Below, one piece after another: positions 30,899-39,985 of a stretch of 64,000 nt of DNA. The stretch is taken from contig JACKOW010000001.1 of the NCBI GenBank assembly GCA_024234055.1, positions 828,874 through 892,873 of the forward strand. The letters run 5' to 3'. Source of the DNA: Rhodanobacteraceae bacterium. GTDB taxonomy: Bacteria > Pseudomonadota > Gammaproteobacteria > Xanthomonadales > SZUA-5. A program made the position numbers and the translations under genes. The notes below the pieces were generated by a model, which saw only the letters and a list, made by a program, of their open reading frames with translations, was not told the DNA's origin and did not search any database. Positions within the stretch are counted from its first letter, which is position 1; the number at the start of each line of letters is the position of its first letter.

Positions 30899-33103
30899 AT
30901 GGACCTCGCTTTCACCACATTGATCGCAGCTGTCGTCGTTGTCGTCATCTTCCTGTTCGGATTCCTGGCGTTGATCGCCAAGTTCTACCGCAAGGTGGAG
31001 CAGGGTCACGCCATGATCGTCAACACCATGCGGGTGGAGCCCGAGGTGACTTTTACCGGGCGGCTGGTGATCCCGGTGCTGCACAAGGTCGAAGAGATGG
31101 ACATCTCGATGAAGACCATCGAGATCGAGCGCATGGGCAAGGAGGGCCTGATCTGCAGGGACAACATGCGCGCCGACATCAAGGTCAAGTTCTTCGTGCG
31201 CGTCAACAAGACCGCCGAGGACGTGCTGCGGGTGGCCCAGGCCATCGGCTGCGCCCGCGCCAGCAACCAGGACACGCTGGAGGATCTGTTCTCGGCCAAG
31301 TTCTCCGAAGCGCTGAAGACCGTCGGCAAGGCAATGGATTTCGTCGATCTGTACCAGGCCCGCGACCAGTTCCGCGACGAGATCGTGCGCCAGATTGGCG
31401 ACGACCTGTCCGGCTACGTGCTGGAAGACGCGGCCATCGACTATCTGGAGCAGACCCCGCTGGAGAAGCTTGATCCGCACAACATCCTCGACGCCCAGGG
31501 CATCAAGAAGATCACCGAGCTCACGGCCGAAGAGAACATCCGCACCAACGAGTTTCGCCGCAACGAAGAGATGCGGATCAAGAAGAAGGATGTGGAAACG
31601 GCAGAGGCGGTGCTCGAACTGGAGCGCCAGAAGGCCTATGCCGAGGCCCATCAGCAGCGCGAGATCACCATCACCAAGGCGCGCGAAGAGGCCGAGTCGG
31701 CCAAGGTCGCCTCGGAAGAGCGCGCCAAGTCGGAGCTGGCACGGCTGCTGGCTGATCAGCAGATCGCGGTGCAGAACGAGAACGTCAAGCGCGAGACCGA
31801 AGTTGCCCAGAACAACCGTCTGCGCGCCGTGGCTATCGAGGAAGAGAAGGTCACCCGCGCCCGCGAGCTGGAGATCGTCGACCGCGAGCGCGAGGTGACG
31901 CTGCAGCAGATCGAGAAGGAGAAGGCGGTCGAGGTGCAGAAGAAGGCCATCGCCGACGTCATCCGCGAGCGCATCGTGGTCGAGCGCACCGTTGCCGAGC
32001 AGGAAGAAGAAATCAAGAACGTGCGGGTCATGTCCGAGGCCGAGCGCACCCGCAAGAGCACCATCGTGCTCGCCGAGGGCCAGGCCCAGGAGAAGTTCAT
32101 CGCCGAGGTCAAGCTGGCCGAAGCCGACGAGCAGCGCGCCAAGCACAAATCAGCCGAAGAGCAGACCCTGGCCGAAGCCAGGCTGGCGGTCGCCGCCAAG
32201 ATGGCCGAAGCCAAGAAGCGCGAAGCCGAGGGCATCGAGGCGCTGTCAGCGGCATCTGGACTGGCCGAAGCCAAGGTCGCCATTGCCAAGGCCGATGCCA
32301 AGGAAAAGGACGGCATCGTCGCCGCCAAGATCAAGCTGGCGGATGCCGACGCCGTGGTCAAGCTCGGCGATGCCCATGCCCACGCGCTGCAGGCCAAGAT
32401 GGAGGCCGAGGCGGCAGGTCGCGAGAAGCAGGGCGTGGCCGAAGCGCAGGTCAAGCTGGTCGACGCTGATGCCATCGCCAAGCAGGGCGCGGCACAGGCC
32501 GAAGCCCTGCGTCTGAAGCTGGAAGCCGAGGCCACCGGTCGACAGAAGAGCGGCGAAGCCGAGGCCGCGGCCATTGCGGCACGCTTCGCGGCCGAGTCCG
32601 AAGGCCTCACCGCCAAGTTCGAGGCCATGACCAAGATGAGCCCGGAAACAAGGGCCCACGAAGAGCAGCGCATGCAGCTGGACTACAGTCATGCCGAAAC
32701 CCTGCGCGGCATCGAGGCCAACCAGGCCATCGCCAAGGACCAGGCCCAGGTGCTGTCGCGTGCCCTGCAACAGGCCAAGATCGAGATCGTCGGCGGCGAC
32801 GGCGAGTACTTCGACAGCTTCATGCGCAGCCTGTCGCTGGGCAAGGCCATCGACGGCACCGTCGGCAAGAGCCAGCTGCTGAACAAGGCCTTCGCCGAGC
32901 ACAAGGCCGGCAAACGCGATCTGCTGCAGGACGCCAAGGAACTGGTCGCTGCGGTGGGTGGGGCGGATGCGGTGCGCGATCTGAGCGTTGCGGCACTGAT
33001 GCAGAAGCTGGTGGCGGGGGGGAAGACCAAGGAGTTGGAGATGTTGAAGAAGCTGGTGGGCGACAGCGGGGCAGGGGGCACGGGGCAGGGGGCACGGGAG
33101 TAG
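30899..33103 (+). CDS. Flotillin / SPFH (band-7) domain protein, YqiK-like, with long C-terminal Ala/Glu/Lys-rich coiled coil
   Basis: 734 aa. N-terminal TM, an SPFH domain (..HAMIVNTMRVEPEVTFTGRLVIPVLHKVEEMDISMKT..) and flotillin-type EA repeats. AAGGA SD. The last ~11 codons (GAGGTGQGARE) are encoded by a GGGGCAG/GGGGCAC heptamer array. Confidence 0.85.
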   Translation: MDLAFTTLIAAVVVVVIFLFGFLALIAKFYRKVEQGHAMIVNTMRVEPEVTFTGRLVIPVLHKVEEMDISMKTIEIERMGKEGLICRDNMRADIKVKFFVRVNKTAEDVLRVAQAIGCARASNQDTLEDLFSAKFSEALKTVGKAMDFVDLYQARDQFRDEIVRQIGDDLSGYVLEDAAIDYLEQTPLEKLDPHNILDAQGIKKITELTAEENIRTNEFRRNEEMRIKKKDVETAEAVLELERQKAYAEAHQQREITITKAREEAESAKVASEERAKSELARLLADQQIAVQNENVKRETEVAQNNRLRAVAIEEEKVTRARELEIVDREREVTLQQIEKEKAVEVQKKAIADVIRERIVVERTVAEQEEEIKNVRVMSEAERTRKSTIVLAEGQAQEKFIAEVKLAEADEQRAKHKSAEEQTLAEARLAVAAKMAEAKKREAEGIEALSAASGLAEAKVAIAKADAKEKDGIVAAKIKLADADAVVKLGDAHAHALQAKMEAEAAGREKQGVAEAQVKLVDADAIAKQGAAQAEALRLKLEAEATGRQKSGEAEAAAIAARFAAESEGLTAKFEAMTKMSPETRAHEEQRMQLDYSHAETLRGIEANQAIAKDQAQVLSRALQQAKIEIVGGDGEYFDSFMRSLSLGKAIDGTVGKSQLLNKAFAEHKAGKRDLLQDAKELVAAVGGADAVRDLSVAALMQKLVAGGKTKELEMLKKLVGDSGAGGTGQGARE

Positions 33104-33159
33104 CTTCGCGCGCCGGGACTATTTCGAGTTTCGACCACTCCCAAGGCAGGAGCGAAGAA

Positions 33160-33660
33160 GTGATCTCCAGTTTCCGTGATCTGGATGTTTGGAAGGGCGC
33201 CGTTGACCTGGCTGTCGAGGTCTATCGGTTGACGCGCCCATTCCCCGTCGACGAGCGCTTCGGGTTGACGTCGCAGCTTCGGCGCGCAGCGAACTCGGTT
33301 GCGTCAAATATTGCTGAGGGTCACGCCAGAAACAGCACACGAGAGTTCGTGCAGTTCGTCTCCGTCGCTCTGGGCTCATTGGCCGAGCTAGAGACCCAGT
33401 GGACCATCGCAAGCAGGGTTGGTTTGCTCGAATCGACTGACGAGACGATCGAGTCGCTGCCACGGCTCAGGGCGCAGTTGCTGAATCTGAGAAGCGCGTT
33501 GCTGCGACGGGCCAATGGTGTATCCGAGTTCATTCCGAGTTACGAAATGACGGTAGATCTGAAAGCCCCGGTTGCGAAGGAACTGAGGGATGGCGATCCA
33601 GAGGGAGCGGCGATCGCTGTTCCCGTGCCCCGTGCCCCCTGCCCCGTGCCCCGCCCATGA
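33160..33660 (+). CDS. Four-helix-bundle protein (23S rRNA intervening-sequence protein family) with repeat-encoded C-terminal extension
   Basis: MISSFRDLDVWKGAVDLAVEVYRLTRPFPVDERFGLTSQLRRAANSVASNIAEGHARNSTREFVQFVSVALGSLAELETQ is a near-textbook match to the family. 166 aa versus a typical ~120. The tail (..VPVPRAPCPVPRP) is encoded by a CCCCGTG array. The stop overlaps the next gene's ATG (ATGA). Confidence 0.8.
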   Translation: MISSFRDLDVWKGAVDLAVEVYRLTRPFPVDERFGLTSQLRRAANSVASNIAEGHARNSTREFVQFVSVALGSLAELETQWTIASRVGLLESTDETIESLPRLRAQLLNLRSALLRRANGVSEFIPSYEMTVDLKAPVAKELRDGDPEGAAIAVPVPRAPCPVPRP

Positions 33661-36600
33661 CCTCATCCGCCACCTTCGACCTGCTCCGCAAACGCCTGGC
33701 CGCGGCTTCCGAGTCGCTGCGCGCCAAGGCCGATGCGCTCAACGCCAAGCGCATCAGTACCTTTGGACGCATTGAGCCCAAGCTGACGGCGCGCTTGAGT
33801 GCGCGCACCGAGCACAATTGCGTCGCGCGCGACATCGTGCGTGTGGGCGAGCGGCTGCTGTTCGGCTACAACGTGACGATGGGTCTGAAGAAGGAGACCC
33901 GGGTCGAGGATGTGTTCTGCCTCTACCAGCTGGCCGAGGGCGCGGAGGGCGTGGAGCTTCAGACCGTGCCCATTGCCGGCAGCTTTCTGGACGACCAGCG
34001 CTTTGTCGCCGATTTCCGCGAGCTCTTCACTTACTACAAGGCGACCACGCTGGATCAGCTGCGGCTGGTCAACGAGCGCTTGCTGCTGATCTTCCGCACT
34101 GGCAGCCAGCCGGGTGACAAGCGGGTGTTCCGCTTTGCCGTCGATACCGCCGGCGCGCTCACCTACATCGACAATCGCGGTGAGCGCGACCATGTGCTGC
34201 CGCCCTCGCACAGTTTCGAGTGGCAGCCGGTGGGGCGCGAGGATCATGTGCTCGGTCGGCATGCCCATGTGAACATCCTCGACACGGTGTTTGTCGAAAC
34301 CATCGGCGGCGATCTGACCATCAAGATCGAGAACAACACCGACACCGGTCTGGGTATCTATTCCGAGCCGGTCGAGGACAAGAACCAGGCGCTGGCCGAT
34401 GCCGAGATTGCCTACGCCGATCTGCCAACCCTGATCCTGCTCAGCATCAAGCCCTACCGCGAGAACCACACCCGCTACCTGGTCTACAACAAGCGTCTGA
34501 AGCAGGTGCTGCGCATCGACGAGATCGGTGATTCCTGCGTGGAGCTGCCCGAGGACCACGGCATCGTGTTTCCCGGCGGCTACTACCTCGAATCCGGTGA
34601 TTTCAAGCATTTCAAGGATCTGGGCCACGATTTCAGCGGCTACCGGCTGAAGCGTACGGTGCGGGCGCCCAGCGGCGAGGATGTGCTCTACGTCTTCTAC
34701 GACACCGCCAGGGGCGACTATGCCCTGCTGCCCTATAACCTGATCGACCGCGCCATCGGCCAGCCGCTGCTGGCAGCGGGCTACGCGCGCTTCGACGATG
34801 GCCAGATCCTGCTGGTCACGCCCGAGGGCAGCGATGCCTCACGGCTGCACACCATGCAGCTGTGGCGCACGCCTTTCGCCTCCGAGGAACACGCCAGCGC
34901 CCAGCCCAAGGTCGGCGGCCTGCTCGGGCGCCTGGGCAATGCCAATGTGGTGCGGGCACTGGCGGAACTGCGCGAGCTGACCCGGCTGGCCGAAGATGCC
35001 GCCAGTGAAGGCGCCTACGAGCGCTTGCTGAAGCTGGCGGCGCGCTGTGTCGACGCCCATCCCTGGTTGGCGGAGGCCGAGGTCGGACAGATTGCGGCCG
35101 AAGTGGGCACGCTGGCGCGCAGCGGGCGCGAGGCGCTGGAAGCCTATGAGAAGCTGGAGCGCGCACGACAGTCAGCGCGCCAGGCGGTCGAGGCGGCGCA
35201 GGGCGAGGTCAGCGAGCTGCTGTCCAAGGTGGTCAGCCTGCTGTGGCAGAAGCCCGAGGACTTCACCGAGGCGATTCGCGCCATCAAGCGCAAGCGCGGC
35301 GAGCTGACGGGATTGCGCGAACAGGCGCATGTGGACCTGGCCGCGATCGATGCCCAGGACACCCGTTTGCGCGAGGAGCTCGATCGCATCGGCGAGCGCG
35401 CGCTCAAGTTCTTTGCCGATCCAGCGGCCTTTGCCAGCTTGCGCAAGGGGCTGAACGAGGCGGCAGCGGCGGTCGACAGCGCCAAGAGCACCAAGGCGCT
35501 GGCGCCGATCGGCGAAAAGCTGGATGCGCTGGCCGAGTCGCTGGACGGGCTGTCGGAACTGATCGCCAGTTTCGAGCAGACCGACGCCCAGCAGCGGGCC
35601 ATCCTGTTGGGTCAGACCAGCGCGCTGTATGCCGAGGTCAATCGCATCCGCGCCGGGTTGCGTACGCGCCGCGAGGGCCTGCTGGAGCAGGAGCAGGGAC
35701 TGGAATTCGGGGCCCAGTTGACCGTGCTGGAGCAGTCACTCACGAATCTGCTGGCGCGCAGCGACAGTCCCGAAGCCATCGACGAGGCGCTGGCGCGCAC
35801 GCTCGGCCAGATCGAACACCTGGAGGGGCGCTTCGGCTCGCAACCCGGCTTTCTGGTCGAACTGACCAGCCGTCGGGAGGCTGCGCTGGAAGCCTTCGCA
35901 GCCCGGCGCGAGCAGATCGCGGCGCAGCGCGACAAGCGCGCGCAGGGCCTGCGCGATGCGGTCTCGCGGGTGCTGGATGGCATTCCGCGGCGTATCGCCA
36001 AGCTCTCCGAGGCCGACGAGCTGCATGGCTTCTTTGCTGGCGACACCCTGGTCGAACGCGCCCAGGCCCAGATCGAAGAGCTGCGCCAGCTGGGCGCGGC
36101 CGTGCAGGCCGATGAACTGGCCGGGCGCCTGCGCAGTCTCAAGGAAGCCGGGTTGCGCGATCTGCGCGATCGGCTGGAACTCGGGACGTCGGGGGATTCC
36201 CTGGCCCTGGGCCGACAGCGTTTCACGATCGAACGCCGGCCGCTGGATCTGGCACTGCTGCACAACGAGCAGGGGCTGTCGCTGCAACTGACCGGTACGG
36301 ATTACCGGGTGGCGCTGGATGAGCCCGAGGCCGAGCAGCATCGCGAAGTCTGGGGTCAGGTGCTACCGAACGAGACCGAATCGGTCTATCGGGCCGAATA
36401 CCTGGCCTGGCGCATCTGGCAGCGCGCCAGTGCCGGCGATGCCGCGATCAACGCCGCCCTGCGCGCCACCGAGGGCAGCGCGCTGGCCGATCTGGTGGCT
36501 GAGGAAGCGCAGCGACATCCCACCGAGGACTACCAGCGCGGCGTGCACGATGCCGATGCCACGCGCATCGTGCAGGCGCTGGACAGCATCGCCCGGCAAG

Positions 36601-38747
36601 CCGGCGAATTGCGCTGGCCGGCATCGGCGCGGGTGCTGGCGCAGGCCTGGTTTGCCGGTCTGGACGCGCCTGGACAAGCTTCGACGCGCGGATTGGCGGC
36701 GGGTCTCGGCTGGTTCCTTGCACGAGGCGAGGGCATGCCGGTGCCTCCGTCTTGGCAAGGCGCCCTGAGCGCGCTGGCGGCCGAACTCGGACTGCCGGGC
36801 GACGCCAGCAGCATCGAATCGGCTGCCCGTCATCTGGCGGCCAGCCTGGGCGGCACCTTGCCCAGCTTCGCCGCCAGCGGGCGGGCGCTGGATCTGGCCG
36901 AACAGGTTTCGCGCGAGCTGCCGGTGACGGCGCTGGCGGCGTTGAACGCGCCGGTGGAGACCGGCGAAAAGCTGGCCTTGGCCGGCGCCTGGTGTGCCCG
37001 CGTGCAGCCCGACGCCCATCCCGCCAGTGTGCTCGAAGCGGCGGCGATTCTGTGCTTCCCGGGCCTGGCTCGCGAGCGCATCAATGTCGAGCTGCACACC
37101 CGCATCGAGGGCCTGCGCGGCGAGCATGCACGCGTCAAGCAGGGCGTGCTGGAACTGGATTTTCCGGAGTTCCTGATCCGCCTGGCGCAGCATCAGCAGA
37201 CCGTGGCGCCGGCCTGGTCGGCCTTTGCGGCACTGCGCCATCGCGTCAGTGAACGCGAGCGCAAACGTCTGGGACTGCACCGTTTCGAGGCCAAGCCGCT
37301 GGCCGGATTTGTGCGCAACCGGCTGATCGACGAGGTCTATCTGCCGCTGATCGGCAACAATCTGGCCAAGCAGATCGGCACCATCGGCGATCAACGTTCG
37401 GACCGTTCCGGCCTGCTGCTGCTGATCTCGCCGCCGGGCTATGGCAAGACCACCTTGATGGAATACATCGCCGATCGCCTGGGCATGATCTTCGTGCGCG
37501 TCAACGGACCCACGCTGGGCCACGAAATCACCTCGCTGGATCCGGCCCAGGCCAGCACCCGCGGCGCCGCCGAGGAACTGGTCAAGCTCAATCTGGGCCT
37601 GGCCATGGGCGTCAACGTGATGCTCTATGTCGACGACATCCAGCACTGCTCGCCGGAATTCCTGCAGAAATTCATCTCGCTGGCCGACGGCACCCGGCGC
37701 ATCGATGCGGTCATCGACGGCAGTGCCCGCACCATCGATCTGCGCGGCAAGCGTTTCGCGCTGGTCATGGCCGGCAATCCCTACACCGAAACCGGCGAGA
37801 TGTTCCGCATTCCCGACATGCTGGCCAACCGCGCCGATGTCTACAATCTGGGCGATGTGCTGAGCGGCCGCGAAGCGCTGTTTGCCGACAGCTACATCGA
37901 GAACGCACTGACCGCCAACCCGCTGTCGGCGCCACTGGCCGAGCGTCCGCGCGCCGAGATCCAGACGGTGCTGCGCATCGCCCGCGGCGACGACGAGCTG
38001 CTGCCCAGCGGCTTGCCCGGTGGTGTGGAGCTGGTGGAACTGGTCAAGCGCATGCTCAGCGTGCGTGACGTGCTGGGCAGGGTCAACGCCAGCTACGTCG
38101 CCAGCGCCGCCCAGGACGACAGCTATCGCACGGAGCCGCCCTTCAAGCTGCAGGGTAGCTACCGCAACATGGTCAAGCTGGCAGCGCAGTTGAGCCCGCT
38201 GATGACCGAAGCCGAGCTCGATGCGCTGATCCGTGACCACTATCGCGGCGAAGCCCAGACCCTGGGTGCACGCGCCGAAGAGAATCTGCTGAAGCTGGCG
38301 CAACTGATCGGCCATCCCAGCGCCGAGGAAGCAACGCGCTGGCAGCAGCTGGTCGACAACTTCCAGCGGCTGATGAAGCAGGGCGGCAAGGAGGCCGATG
38401 GCGCCACCCGCGCCGCTCAAGTGCTCGCCGACATCGCCCAGCAATTGCAGAAGCAGAACGAACAGTCGGCCGGCACCCGCGAGGCTCTGAAGGCACTGGA
38501 ATCGCTGGGCGAGATCCGCGAACTGCTGGCGAGGGTGCCGCGTGATCCGCAGCTGGACATGCCGCCGGCGCTCGCTGACACCCTGACCAAGATGGCCAAG
38601 GCCTACGAGAACACCCTGGTGCCGATCGTCTCGGCCCTGCACCACAAGATGACCCTGGATCACGATATCTGGGAACAGGTGCGCGACATGCGCAAGGAAG
38701 TCGACGCCCTGATGAAGCGCATCGGCAGCGGCAAGCGGGCGCCGTGA
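33657..38747 (+). CDS. Giant (1696 aa) protein: N-terminal ~420-aa globular region, ~700-aa Ala/Glu/Leu/Arg-rich coiled-coil/helical region, C-terminal AAA+ ATPase of MoxR/AAA_5 (dynein-related/McrB-like) type
   Basis: Walker A LLLISPPGYGKTTLMEYIADRLG (aa ~1350), Walker B VMLYVDDIQH, sensor-1-like FALVMAGNP. Single long ORF with uniform coding signal. No family name recognised. Confidence 0.7.
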   Translation: MTSSATFDLLRKRLAAASESLRAKADALNAKRISTFGRIEPKLTARLSARTEHNCVARDIVRVGERLLFGYNVTMGLKKETRVEDVFCLYQLAEGAEGVELQTVPIAGSFLDDQRFVADFRELFTYYKATTLDQLRLVNERLLLIFRTGSQPGDKRVFRFAVDTAGALTYIDNRGERDHVLPPSHSFEWQPVGREDHVLGRHAHVNILDTVFVETIGGDLTIKIENNTDTGLGIYSEPVEDKNQALADAEIAYADLPTLILLSIKPYRENHTRYLVYNKRLKQVLRIDEIGDSCVELPEDHGIVFPGGYYLESGDFKHFKDLGHDFSGYRLKRTVRAPSGEDVLYVFYDTARGDYALLPYNLIDRAIGQPLLAAGYARFDDGQILLVTPEGSDASRLHTMQLWRTPFASEEHASAQPKVGGLLGRLGNANVVRALAELRELTRLAEDAASEGAYERLLKLAARCVDAHPWLAEAEVGQIAAEVGTLARSGREALEAYEKLERARQSARQAVEAAQGEVSELLSKVVSLLWQKPEDFTEAIRAIKRKRGELTGLREQAHVDLAAIDAQDTRLREELDRIGERALKFFADPAAFASLRKGLNEAAAAVDSAKSTKALAPIGEKLDALAESLDGLSELIASFEQTDAQQRAILLGQTSALYAEVNRIRAGLRTRREGLLEQEQGLEFGAQLTVLEQSLTNLLARSDSPEAIDEALARTLGQIEHLEGRFGSQPGFLVELTSRREAALEAFAARREQIAAQRDKRAQGLRDAVSRVLDGIPRRIAKLSEADELHGFFAGDTLVERAQAQIEELRQLGAAVQADELAGRLRSLKEAGLRDLRDRLELGTSGDSLALGRQRFTIERRPLDLALLHNEQGLSLQLTGTDYRVALDEPEAEQHREVWGQVLPNETESVYRAEYLAWRIWQRASAGDAAINAALRATEGSALADLVAEEAQRHPTEDYQRGVHDADATRIVQALDSIARQAGELRWPASARVLAQAWFAGLDAPGQASTRGLAAGLGWFLARGEGMPVPPSWQGALSALAAELGLPGDASSIESAARHLAASLGGTLPSFAASGRALDLAEQVSRELPVTALAALNAPVETGEKLALAGAWCARVQPDAHPASVLEAAAILCFPGLARERINVELHTRIEGLRGEHARVKQGVLELDFPEFLIRLAQHQQTVAPAWSAFAALRHRVSERERKRLGLHRFEAKPLAGFVRNRLIDEVYLPLIGNNLAKQIGTIGDQRSDRSGLLLLISPPGYGKTTLMEYIADRLGMIFVRVNGPTLGHEITSLDPAQASTRGAAEELVKLNLGLAMGVNVMLYVDDIQHCSPEFLQKFISLADGTRRIDAVIDGSARTIDLRGKRFALVMAGNPYTETGEMFRIPDMLANRADVYNLGDVLSGREALFADSYIENALTANPLSAPLAERPRAEIQTVLRIARGDDELLPSGLPGGVELVELVKRMLSVRDVLGRVNASYVASAAQDDSYRTEPPFKLQGSYRNMVKLAAQLSPLMTEAELDALIRDHYRGEAQTLGARAEENLLKLAQLIGHPSAEEATRWQQLVDNFQRLMKQGGKEADGATRAAQVLADIAQQLQKQNEQSAGTREALKALESLGEIRELLARVPRDPQLDMPPALADTLTKMAKAYENTLVPIVSALHHKMTLDHDIWEQVRDMRKEVDALMKRIGSGKRAP

Positions 38748-39190
38748 GCTGAGTGACACCGGTGGGCTGTGGGAGCGGCTTCAGCCGCGATCGCGCTATC
38801 GCGGCTGAAGTCGTTGGCGTATCGGCGAAGATCGAGAGCCGTCGTGTGCAGGCAGCAAAAGCCGGACGCGGAGGACGCAAAGGAAAGCAGAGAGAACGCG
38901 AAGAATGGCCAAGGCGATGCAGATGGGCGATCGCTGTCCTGATCGTTCGGCAAGTTCGCGCGCCAACTGGTTGAGGCGTCATTGCGAGGAGCGCAGCAAC
39001 GAAGCACTCAAGCGACTTGCAACCTTGTTTCTGGATTGCTTCGCTGCGCTCGCAATGACGCCGGTATACCGTGCATCGCGACCATCGCGGACAGAGTCCG
39101 CTCCCACGGGAGAGCGAGCTGCCGCGGTAGGAGCGACCTCGCGTCGCGACCGCTCAATGCCTTACAGACTAGAATGTCGCTCCCATCTGG
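38748..39190. repeat. Repeat mosaic: REP dimer (GGCTGTGGGAGCGGCTTCAGCCGCGATCGCGCTATCGCGGCTGAAG), ~90-bp MITE-like hairpin (GTCATTGCGAGGAGCGCAGCAACGAAGC...GCTTCGCTGCGCTCGCAATGACGCC), REP, GTAGGAGCGACCTCGCGTCGCGA
   Basis: Direct reading. Antisense and sense small ORFs here are rejected. Confidence 0.8.
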
Positions 39191-39205
39191 GTCAGGAGTT
39201 GCCGG

Positions 39206-39985
39206 GTGTCCGAGTTTGACGCCGTCGATCGTATCGTCAGGCCCTATCTGGCCGAGACCTCTACGGCTACCTCGCTGCGCTTTGCCGGGCACCAGATCCA
39301 GAGCCAGATGTGGAATCACGCACCCGATGCGCTGGCGCTGGACTACACCCGGGCGATGATGGGTTTCGTGCTGTTCGATCCGGCGCCGGCGCGGATCGGC
39401 ATGATCGGTCTGGGCGGCGGGTCGCTGGTCAAGTTCTGTCACCGCAACCTGCCGAGTTCGGCGATGGAGGTGGTCGAGAACAGCCCGCTGGTGATGGATT
39501 TGCGCGCCATCTTCCAGGTGCCACCCGACGACGAACGCCTCAGCGTGCATCTGGCCGATGGCGCCGATTACATCGCCCGCGCCCGCAATCGCTATGACGT
39601 GCTGTTGCTGGATGCCTATGACCGCGTCGGTATTCCGCCGCCGCTGGCGACGCTGCGCTTCTATCTGCAGTGCCGACGCGCGCTGCGCGGCAATGGCGTG
39701 TTGGTGGCCAATATCGCCCGCGATCAGGTCCAGGGCGGGAATCCGATCGAGCGCATTGCCGCGGTCTTCGATGATCGGCTGCTGGTGGTGCGCGATGCCG
39801 AGCATTGCAACGACATCGTCTTCGCCTGGACTGGCGACATCGACGATGCGCATCTTTCCGACCAGGGCCGTCCAGTCGAGATTCGCGGGGAAGCGTGGGA
39901 CCACGTGATTCCGGCGCTGGATCGCGTGCGTTTCGCCTGGCGCGAAAGGGCGCGTAAACAGGTGCTCGCGCAAGCGCTCTTGTAG
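39206..39985 (+). CDS. Spermidine/spermine synthase-like (polyamine aminopropyltransferase fold) protein
   Basis: GTG start with AGGAG SD 8 nt upstream. Motifs IGMIGLGGGSL.., VLLLDAYD, typical of the spermidine-synthase-like SAM-dependent fold. 259 aa. Confidence 0.55.
   Translation: MSEFDAVDRIVRPYLAETSTATSLRFAGHQIQSQMWNHAPDALALDYTRAMMGFVLFDPAPARIGMIGLGGGSLVKFCHRNLPSSAMEVVENSPLVMDLRAIFQVPPDDERLSVHLADGADYIARARNRYDVLLLDAYDRVGIPPPLATLRFYLQCRRALRGNGVLVANIARDQVQGGNPIERIAAVFDDRLLVVRDAEHCNDIVFAWTGDIDDAHLSDQGRPVEIRGEAWDHVIPALDRVRFAWRERARKQVLAQALL

Noticed and set aside
36363-38759. 798-aa - ORF and other ORFs (35243..36115, 35612..36265, 35736..36341, 38173..38982) inside the giant gene
   Set aside because: The + strand frame is one continuous 1696-aa ORF with Walker motifs. 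These are shadow ORFs.
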